64,000 bases of DNA, taken from assembly GCF_902713615.1 (NCBI RefSeq), contig NC_052175.1:8573941-8637940 (forward strand). Reading direction: 5' to 3'. Numbering within the stretch: the stretch's first letter is position 1; every line of letters begins with the position of its first letter. Below, piece after piece: positions 1 to 9,087 of the stretch. The notes beneath the pieces were generated by a model. The model was not told where the DNA came from, made no database searches, and saw nothing but the letters and a program-made list of their open reading frames with translations. The position numbers and the translations under genes were made by a program. This DNA comes from Scyliorhinus canicula (Eukaryota).

Positions 1-56
1 AATGTGGGTGGAATGATTGTTAAATTTGCAGCTGACACAGCTTTAGGCCGTTGACA

Positions 57-386
57 GATCATCAGGTTACGGGGCAGAAGGAGGCCACTCGGCCAATTGA
101 GTCTGCATCGGCCCATGGAAAGATTACCCTGCCTAAGATCACTCCTCTACCCTATCCCCGTAACACAGTAACCCCTCTAAGTGACTTTGGACACTGAGAG
201 CAATTAAGCCTGGCCAATCCACCTAACCAGCACATGGAGTTGTGGGAAGAAACCGGGGCACCCGGACGAAACTCACGCAGGCACGGGGAGAACGTGCAGA
301 CTCCGCACAGTGTCCCAAGCCGTGAATAGAACTTGGGACACTGCAGCAGTGAAGCGACAGTGCTAACCACTGTGCTACTGTGCTCA
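57..386 (-). mobile_element. tRNA-derived V-SINE (HE1-like)
   Basis: Reverse complement reads tRNA-like head (CAGTGGTTAGCACT...) followed by the V-domain core (TGTGCGGAGTCTGCACGTTCTCCCCGTG...GGTTTCTTCCCACA) and a LINE-like 3' tail; same family as other copies in the window. Confidence 0.8.
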
Positions 387-399
387 CAACGTAGTTGAT

Positions 400-1175
400 A
401 GTGAAGAGAATACCTGTCACCTCGAGAATGTTGTCAATGATTTGGTTGAGTTTGCAAAGAATGGTGAATGGTATTCCAGCCGGAAAAGTGTGAGGTAATG
501 AATTTGAGCAGGGAAAACAAGGCTCGGGAATATTGAATAGACAGGTAGATATTGAGAGGGATAGAGGAAGTGGGTGAACTTGTAGTGCATACCCAGTGGC
601 CCAAAAAGGTGGCAGAACAGGTCGACAAGGTGGTCAAGAAAACATCTAGAATGTTTAATTTCTCGGGATAGATAATGAATACAGAACCAGGATATATTGT
701 TGGAATGGTCTAAACGCTATTAGACCAGAGCTGGAGACGTTTTATAATTCAGATCACCACATTACAGGGAGGACCTAAATGCCCTTGAGAGAGTGAAGAA
801 GAGATTGACAAACATGTTGTCAGGGCTGAGAAATTGAGGCAATGAGGAGAGATTGTCTTGGGTTGTTATCCTTAGAACACAGGAGGCTAAGGGCAGACCT
901 TATGGATTTTTACAAAATTATGAGGTGCCTGGAGAGGTTGGACAGGGAAGATTTGCTTCTTTCAGCTGTGGATCTGATAGCGGCAAACGTGAAATAAGAT
1001 TGGAAAAAACGGATCAGAGCGGACTTCATGGAATGCTCTTTTCAGCCAGAGGGCGATGGTTGTCTGGAATGCACTGTCTAACTTGATGATTGAGGCTGGA
1101 ATGTTCAAATCATTTAAAAGACACTTGGCTCTGCATGGTAATGTCTGCACACTGCAATATTGAACAAGGGCTGAA
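400..1175 (+). mobile_element. Highly decayed CR1 LINE ORF2 3' fragment
   Basis: Recognisable degenerate RT C-terminal blocks (gtggtcaagaaa..., ttagaccagagctggag..., gagagagtgaagaagagattgaca...) colinear with the CR1 copies elsewhere in the window; many stops. Confidence 0.6.
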
Positions 1176-1179
1176 AAAT

Positions 1180-1980
1180 GTGGACCGCAGTACAGCGAAT
1201 TACTGTATCTATGTACAAAACAGTGCTCCATCCCAATACCATGAAACACTGCCACCCAATACAGCTCATTCATGCATCCCAGTACAGCACATTCTTGCAT
1301 CCCTCCATGGTATATACCTGCAAAGTAGTACCGTGCGATCTTGAAAACCAGCATCATGAAACATTGTCCCGCAGTACAGCACACTCCTGCATCCTCGGAT
1401 CGTGAAGTCCTGCATCCCATTCTAGCATACTCTAACATCTCATAATACTACAGTCCCGCATCAAAATATAGCATACTCCAATACTTCAGTACAGCAAATT
1501 CCCTGCTCACAGCTGTACAATGTTGCATCCTATTGTAGCGCAGTCCGGCACACAAGTACAGTGCACTGCTATGTCTTAGTAACATTCATTCCTAAATCCA
1601 GTGCAATACACACATATATCTGGGCACCATGCACTCCAGAATCCCAGTGCAGTGCAGTTGTGCATCGCAATATAATGTAATTCAGCTTTCCAGTGTTTAT
1701 CAGTATATGCGTTTGTGCTTCATACTGTGTGCGTTTGTGTGTGAGTCGATGAGTGCGAATGTGTTTATTCTTGTGTTTGGGTCAGTTGTAATTTCATGAG
1801 TGTGCATCTGCAAGAATGAGTGTGAATGTGTATCTGTGAATGTGAGTGAATGGTAGTGTGTGTTTTATGGTGAGTCTGTTTGTGTGAGAGAGAGAAGAGT
1901 GTACATGTGTTTGTGAATGTTCATTTGCGTGTGCATGATTGTGCGCGCCTGTTTGTGAACATATGTGCATATGATGCTGC
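1180..1980. repeat. Degenerate minisatellite (CAGTACAGCAC...TGCATCC units) followed by TG-rich low-complexity tract
   Basis: Recurrent cagtacagc/tgcatcc motifs 1185-1660; (TG)-rich 1700-1980. Confidence 0.55.
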
Positions 1981-2429
1981 GGATAGGATATTAATGAGTT
2001 GCCAACTGAGATGCATGCTGGGAAATGCTTGACGATATAGATTAACACTTCTTTTAGAACGAAATAAGTAGGTCAGGTAACATAAAAAAGTACTGCCTAA
2101 TAACTTGGACACGGCATTATTATGATAACACATTGTCCCCCGAAAGTTAACAAAATGTATACTTGAGTTGGTTTTAGCCAAGGCCAAGAACATACGTATT
2201 ACGTATTTCATCGCACGTACTTTCCATGTCAATTTAATATAAACATGGCTGTTTACTTCAAGCTGTTATATCAGACTATAAATTTATGCTTCCTTCAATC
2301 GAATCTTAGATTGTGATGCACTTGCAAAAAAAAACAGAACATTCTCTCTCCGCAAATATATTTGTGTAAGTACATTTCCTTAACTCGAACCTCCAGGAAT
2401 TTGTCTTTATTATAATTTCCTCGACAAAT

Positions 2430-5400
2430 TGGCGTCGTCTCAGCTGAAAGGGAGAGAGCCATAGCGCGACCCCAGCTGAAAGGGGGATCTGCTGCTCGGC
2501 AGCCTTAATTACTGGCCGGTGACTCATGCTAGGGTGAAATATCTTAATTTAAAAATTAACAATAGCTGCATGGGAAGAAAAAAGGTCCCTTAGAGACTAA
2601 CATTGAAAAAAGAGACTTCAAAGTTCGTGAAAGGATAAACACCGGTGTGCACCCCCGGTAGTATTTGTAAATGATTTCCGCGGGCGTTGCACTTGTTATA
2701 TATATGATCTAAAGTATTTTGCAGATGGAGCGATGATCAATAAACTCGACTTCCCCTCACAGGTCATCCCGAAGCATCGATAAGGGCATCAGGAGCGAGA
2801 AAGAAGGTGAAATCCTGAAAGAAGACAGATAAGGGAATCAAAATTAGTAAGACAATGAAAAGAAACAATCGTAAAGCAACGGAAAGTGGTTGGAAAACCT
2901 AAATTACCCAAAAGGAATCTGGTGAAGCTGACCCCCCTCTCAAAAAAAAAAACAGGGGAGTAAAAGTAAAAAGAAGATTAAGGTAAAAGCGTAACAGTTG
3001 GGTTCCTTTCGAAAAGAGAATTCACATTTTCTATATGCCGTTAGATAAGGCTGACGGTTAACTGCGATATTTTTGAGCTGAGAGTGTGTGTTTTGTTTAA
3101 CCAATTAATTTTAGCCAAAGCATGAAGTGCTAAGTGGGTTGTATTTTATATCTTCTGATATTGTGAGTCCGAGATTATAACTTCAGTCATTTGTGTTGAG
3201 ATTTCTCTAATTCACTGAAACAGTGGAAATTAAAATCAGTTTAAAAGAAGGAAAATGCTATTACGAATCAAAGTAATTGAACCTGAATAAGCTTTTAGAT
3301 CAAGTGAAGAGATGCAAATGGCATAATTCCAAGTTCTGCGCCCCCTTAGGTTCTGCAGGAAACATTAACCATTTTAGCAGATAGTGGACCTTTTCTGAAT
3401 TGACAAAGAAAAATATACGTCTCGAAGAATAGCTAATGACCGTATAGAATTGGTAATTGAGTTACTTGTGTGGTATTTATGACCCCCTCCCAGGAGATGG
3501 TTTGCTGCTTTGAAATTATGCTTATGGTGAATCTTGGCCAGCGTTCAATGATGGGATTGTAGTCCCAACCGGCTTAAATGGGGGCTGGGTTCCAAATAAT
3601 GATAATCACTTGAATGAAGGAAATTAGTCCCTCGAACACTGGTAAGAAAATATAGGGAAAGAGGCTCTCATGCAAGGGGCCAATAAACATGTAACCCCCA
3701 GGAAGGGTTTACCCCACCTAGCGACACCTTCCCCTATTAAGAACATAAGAACATAAGAACTAGGAGCAGGAGTAGGCCATCTGGCCCCTCGAGCCTGCTC
3801 CGCCATTCAATTAGATCATGGCTGATCTTTTGTGGACTCAGCTCCACTTTCCGGCCCGAACACCATAACCCTTAATCCCTTTATTCTTCAAAAAACTATC
3901 TATCTTTACCTTAAAAACATTTAATGAAGGAGCCTCAACTGCTTCACTGGACAAGGAATTCCATATATTCACAACCCTTTGGGTGATGAAGTTCCTCCTA
4001 AACTCAGTCCTAAATCTACTTCCCCTTATTCTGAGGCTATGTCCCCCAGTTCTGCTGTCACCCGCCAGTGGAAACAACCTGCCCTATTCCCTTCATAATT
4101 TTAAATGTTTCTATAAGATTACCCCCTCATCCTTCTAAATTCCAACGAGTACAGTCCCAGTCTACTCAACCTCTCCTCATAATCCAACCCCTTCAGCTCT
4201 GGGATTAACCTAGTGAATCTCCTCTGCACACCCTCCAGCGCCAGTACGTCCTTTCTCAAGTAAGGAGACCAAAACTGAACATAATACTCCAGGTGTGGCC
4301 GCACTAACACCTCATACAATTGCAACATAACCTCCCTAGTCTTAAAATCCATCCCTCTAGCAATGAAGGACAAAATTCCATTTGCCTTCTTAATCACCTG
4401 TTGCACTTGTAAACCAACCTTCTGTGACTCATGCACTAGCACACCCAAGTCTCTCTGAACAGCGGCATGCTTTAATATTTTATCGTTTAAATAATAATCC
4501 CGTTTTCTGTTATTCCTACCAAAATGGATAACCTCACATTTGTCAACATTGTATTCCATCTGCCAGACCCTAGCCCATTCACTTAACCTATCCAAATCCC
4601 TCTGCAGACTTCCAGTATCCTCTGCACTTTTCGCATTACCATTCATCTTAGTGTCATCTGCAAACTTGGACACATTGCCCTTGGTCCCCAACTCCAAATC
4701 ATCTATGTAAATTGTGAACAATTGTGGGCCCAACACGGATCCCTGAGGGACACCACTAGCTACTGATTGCCAACCAGAGAAACACCCATTTATCCCAACT
4801 CTTTGCTTTCTATTAATTAACCAATCCTCTATCCTCTATTAGGCAGACAGACACTCTGCAAATTAGGAGCGGGAATACTTTGCATTGATAATGGAATGTT
4901 TATAGAACCGTCTCGAAAACGAGCTCACCAGCTGCAAAATTTAACAACTTCTGAGCCTGCGCCCGATCGCTCTGTGACTGTGTTGTATGCTGGGAGTTGA
5001 ACGTTTACCCTTACACTACCACTGTTAAATGAAAAACTGCAGGATGTATTACAAAAGATTAATGACCCTGAGGCACAGCTATTAAAACACCTGACGGAGT
5101 TCAGCCGAGAGAATATCGTGACCCATTGCAGGGTTGGTATGCTCGTGAGGATGAGCACACGTACAATTTACAAACGCAAAGTCACTTCGGACAGCAGACC
5201 TCATTGCATATCACTCCTTTTTCTTTTTCAGTATTGTGGGGTTAGGATTGTTAGGACAGTTGACCCATAGTCAGAGGGACCTTTTTAGGATGGGTTTAAT
5301 TTCAGAACCCCATTTAACATTGGCCGTAAGACATCCCGCTGAGGCAAAGCCTAGAGGAGAACTGATCAAAGAGGACAAAGGAACAAAGAAATCCATGAGA

Positions 5401-5600
5401 TGAATACTGAAATGGACGGACGAAATTGGCTGATAGAATTTTATGGCAAACAGGAGGGCAGAGTGACCTGAAGCATTTTGTAACTTGAAACAGCGATGAT
5501 TAGCGCCCGTGCCTTGGGCCTTCCTAATTTCATCAAGCCCTTTATTTTTAAATGAAGAAGCAGGGGGATTTGCCACAGGGGTCCGGGTGTAAGAGCATGC
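2430..5600 (+). mobile_element. Old, internally deleted ERV/LTR-element remnant (PBS-like site, gag-like and env-like fragments), split by a CR1 insertion
   Basis: ...GACA AAT TGGCGTCGTC at ~2425-2440 resembles an LTR end plus PBS; decayed coding-like sequence follows; amphipathic LPLLNEKLQDVLQKINDPEAQLLKHL (5016-5093) then a hydrophobic stretch (5202-5260); purine tract GAAGAAGCAGGGGGA at ~5554-5568. No matching LTR pair found. Confidence 0.35.
3740..4835 (-). mobile_element. 5'-truncated CR1 LINE (RT C-terminus + 3' UTR)
   Basis: ORF 4119-4736 encodes RT domain 4-7 motifs (LGPQLFTIYIDDL, KFADDTK, RPHLEY); (AAGAACAT)n tail at 3740; CTATTA duplicated at 3734-3739 and 4836-4841; nearly identical to the 3' part of the 44416-48680 element. 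Confidence 0.92.
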
Positions 5601-5851
5601 AGGAGGGAGAAGACCCTCTGCCTATTACTCGGTGATCATCTGTGCCGTGGTAAAAGGTATGCCAAGTTGCCTCAGAACCAAAGCAGGCACAGGAGCAAGC
5701 CTCGCCACAGGAGCATCGCTCTTGGCTAAAAGTGGGTTGCTATCAAGACAATCATCACATCCAGATCAACCCAAATACCCGCGCAGTTATCCCCAGAAGT
5801 CTGTTTCTGCAAATATGTCCCCTTGCCTATGGGAAAGCTTCTGTGGGAAAA

Positions 5852-6513
5852 AGAACAAAGAACAAAGAACGAAGTAAAGTACAGGTAAGAATTAGGCCCT
5901 TCGGCCCTCCAAGCCTATACCGACCATGCTGCACGTCTAAACTAAAATCTTCTACACCTCTGTGCTCCGTATCCCTCTATTCCCATCCTGATCATGTATT
6001 AGTCAAGATGCCCCTTAAACGTCATTATCGTCCCTGCTTCCACTACATCCTCCGGCAGCGAGTTCCAAGCACCCTCTACCCTCTGTGAAAAAGACTTGTC
6101 TCGTATATCTCCCATAAAACTTGCCAGTCGCACCACAAACCTATGAACCCTCCAGACTGGCAAAAAGCCTCTGACTAGCCACTCTATCTATGCCCATCAT
6201 AATTTTGTAGACGTCTATCAGGTCGCCCCTCAACCCGTCGTTCCAGTGAGAACAAACCGAGTTCATTCAACTCTCCTCATAGCTAATGCTCTCCATACCA
6301 GGCAACATCCTTGTTAATTTCTTCTGCACCCTCACTAAAGCCTCCATATCCTTCTGGTAGTGTGGCGACCAAAATTGAACACTATCCTCCAAGTGTGGCA
6401 CAACTAAGGTTCTATACAGCGGCAACATAAGTTACCATTTTTATACTCAATACCCCGGCCAATGTAGGCAAGCATGTCGTGTGCCTTCTTAACTATCTTC
6501 TCCACCTGTGTTG
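5852..6513 (-). mobile_element. CR1 LINE 3' fragment, target of the LTR element insertion (resumes at 16335)
   Basis: (AAAGAAC)n tail at ~5852-5872 and CR1 3' sequence; ...ctccacctgtGTTG | GTTGctcctatcagtgacctg reads as contiguous CR1 sequence across the insertion. Confidence 0.8.
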
Positions 6514-7465
6514 TGTTGCACGTTTTACTATGGGCGTAAAACGCGTTTATTGGAGTGTATTAACACGCCTCCGAGTTCGACGTGTGCTTAACACTGCTAG
6601 GCTCTGTTCTATGTAATTATTTAAGCTCTGGAGTCGCCAGCTGCCGTATAGGCAACGTCACAAGTATTCCAAGGCCAAATTCAAAGTAATAAAGACGATA
6701 CACCGATTAGTCAAGTTCAAACGATCAATATTTATTATACAGTTAATAATAAATACTCATGCACACACACTAAGAGACTAAGCTACAACTAAACATAAGC
6801 AAACAGAATACTTATCTAACAGGAACAGGCAAGGTCAGAGAACGAGGCCTTCGTCCTGGTTTTGTCTGCAGCCTTCAGCAAGCGTTCTGGCACTTGGGAG
6901 TCTAGCGGGCTTGGATCGCGTAGCGAGCGTTGAACTTACGGTTTCGGCGGCTGGTGCTCAACGGCTGGAGTCAGGATACCAGGTGTCAGTCGGGGCCGGA
7001 GCACAGGTTTAACAGACCGGACAACACGAGGTCCCTATCTTTTATAGGGGTTCCGTTGTCCTTCCCTCTTCTCGGGCGGGCTCTACCTATTGGATCAATT
7101 TCTTATCGATACTGGATTAATTCCCCAATGCGAGGGGGTCTCCGTGATGGAGGGGGCGTTTCTTATGTCCTTTTGTTCGGAGGTTTCTGGTGCCTCGATG
7201 TCTGGGTCTTGATTGGAATGTGTCCATTCAGAACCAAATGTATCTATTGTGTGGGTGTTCAAGTCTGATGGCCTCATTAGCATGCAAAGCGTTTTGCCAT
7301 TTGCACCTAGCTAAGGTCTCTTTACCTGAGCCCAAACTGGTTTCTGCTGCTGCAGAATGCAAACTGCTCTTTGCAGACTGCTGTTCTGGCTGAACTGTCT
7401 GTTTCCCAGCAGCCTTCCATTTTAGTTTGGCTCAGTGTCCATTTTGCGTGGCCAGCATGGCTACA
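6514..7465 (-). repeat. 3' LTR (952 bp)
   Basis: Direct repeat of 15383-16334; only one difference seen (C6675 vs T15544); minus strand starts TGTAGCC and ends GTGCAACA. Confidence 0.97.
6731..6736 (-). terminator. Candidate polyadenylation signal AATAAA in 3' LTR
   Basis: TTTATT on plus, ~310 nt downstream of the LTR TATA box in element orientation; a second AATAAA lies nearer the LTR end. Confidence 0.5.
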
Positions 7466-7475
7466 TTCCCTCCTT
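7466..7475 (-). other. Polypurine tract
   Basis: Minus strand AAGGAGGGAA immediately precedes the TG of the 3' LTR. Confidence 0.85.
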
Positions 7476-7795
7476 GTGATCCTCACAATCATACTATTGT
7501 GAAGGATCACCTATGTACTTTGCCTCCTTGTGTTCTGACCTCTTGCCAGTTCCTGTTCTACTCTGTTCTAAACTATGGGAAGAAGAGAAAAAAAAATTTT
7601 AACTAACATTTCTACTTGGCCCTATGTCAAAGGGACATGCATTACTACAATTGGGAACCTCTACCTATCACTATTAACCTTAACCTTAACTTAAACATTT
7701 AATCACTCTAAAATCTTAACCATTCACACCACAACATAACACTTCCCAACTCGGCAGTCGAGTATGGAACAATATAATACATGGCTGAATTTTAT

Positions 7796-8149
7796 TTACA
7801 GAGTGTTGTAATCAGTGAGGGGTTGAGGGGTTTGGTGGAATCCGAAGATGGGGGATTGCACTCTATAGATGGGTGAGGTGCTGGAACGAGAGGCTCTCCT
7901 CTTCCATTTCCTCAACCTGAGGGTCTGCACTAGGATGGTGAGGATCGCAATCACCAACAGTGATTCGATTATGTAGGACATGGAGTACCACGTCATGAAT
8001 TTAGTACGCCAGGTCTGAACCTCGCTGATCAGAGCTGAGCACTGGGGGTTTGCTGTACTAACATTTATGGTGGGGGTTGTGGGGGAAACGTGTCTTGTTT
8101 CCACACATATACATATGACATTAAATAGTAATAAGTGGGCTTCCATCAT
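7796..8149 (-). CDS. 117-aa putative single-pass membrane protein in the env position of the retroelement
   Basis: MMEAHLLLFNVICICVET (signal-like), ~36-aa ectodomain with NVS sequon, hydrophobic YIIESLLVIAILTILVQTL, basic RLRKWKRR, C-terminal YNTL. Frame is open from a CAG acceptor at 8252; no other ATG between the acceptor and 8149. Confidence 0.6.
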   Translation of the reverse strand: MMEAHLLLFNVICICVETRHVSPTTPTINVSTANPQCSALISEVQTWRTKFMTWYSMSYIIESLLVIAILTILVQTLRLRKWKRRASRSSTSPIYRVQSPIFGFHQTPQPLTDYNTL

Positions 8150-9087
8150 TTTGCTGTTCTTCCTCTTTCTCTTCCTTCTTCCTCCGGTATTGACAATCCT
8201 GGCTTCGACCTCTGTCTCGTCCTTTGAAACCTTTGGGATCAAGCACAGTATCTGTCAATACACAGTTTAAGACCTTTACTTGTTAGTGCATCTGTCTTTC
8301 AAAACCCAATTGACCCTTTAAAATGACTGGCTAAGTCACACCCTGTGACTCCCCTCATTTTTTTTTTTTCAAAAAGCGAATTTAAAGACCAGCATACACC
8401 TAACAATCCTTCCTTCTGCGAGCCGTCTCGCAGGCTTTGCTGATTTACCATCCGAATGTTTCCGGATGTAAATAGCATGTGGGATGGCGGCCGAAGGGCT
8501 ACCTAACCTAAAATGAAAACAAATTTGGAAAGAAACATCCGAATGAGTTGCGTATGGGCCGCTACGGGTAAGAGTTGGATGGGATCCCCGGGTAGGGCGT
8601 GCTGTGCCATACCCGAGCTTGGCTGACCAAGGGTTGGTTCTCAGACAGGGCGGGTCCTCAGTGCCGTTTGTCCACTGCCTGAGTAACCTGGAGAAAACGG
8701 GTACGAATGTGTTAACCATGACTTGCAGCCTCTATTTCGCCGAATAGAGGGGCACCTAAAAAACCAAGGGAGCCAAGATGCTCCAACTGAGGACATCACT
8801 GAAGTTCTCAGAGATATCTGCAGACAAACTATTTGGCGTGTGGCCTTACAACTTTGGAAAGGATCTCCAATCAAACCGAAGTTCTCAAAAGTTTCGGCAG
8901 ACAAGCTAACGTGTATGTGAGGTGGTCACAATCTTTTCAGCTGAAAAGAAGATGTCCATCCTCCAACTGAAACATTTACATTCCTGAAAACAAACAAACA
9001 TAAAACGAAGACAAACATACGTGCAGGTTCCATCAGAAAGGACATCGTTTCCCTCAAACGATTCCTATCTTACATCATCTGGACACC

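Noticed and set aside
6930-7393. 112-aa, 62-aa and 67-aa ORFs repeated identically at 15799-16262
   Set aside because: They lie in the LTRs, so the duplication is explained by LTR identity; non-ATG starts and no recognisable motifs.
7796-7870. ITAM in the mini membrane protein tail
   Set aside because: Only one YxxL (YNTL); the upstream Tyr reads YRVQ and the spacing does not fit.
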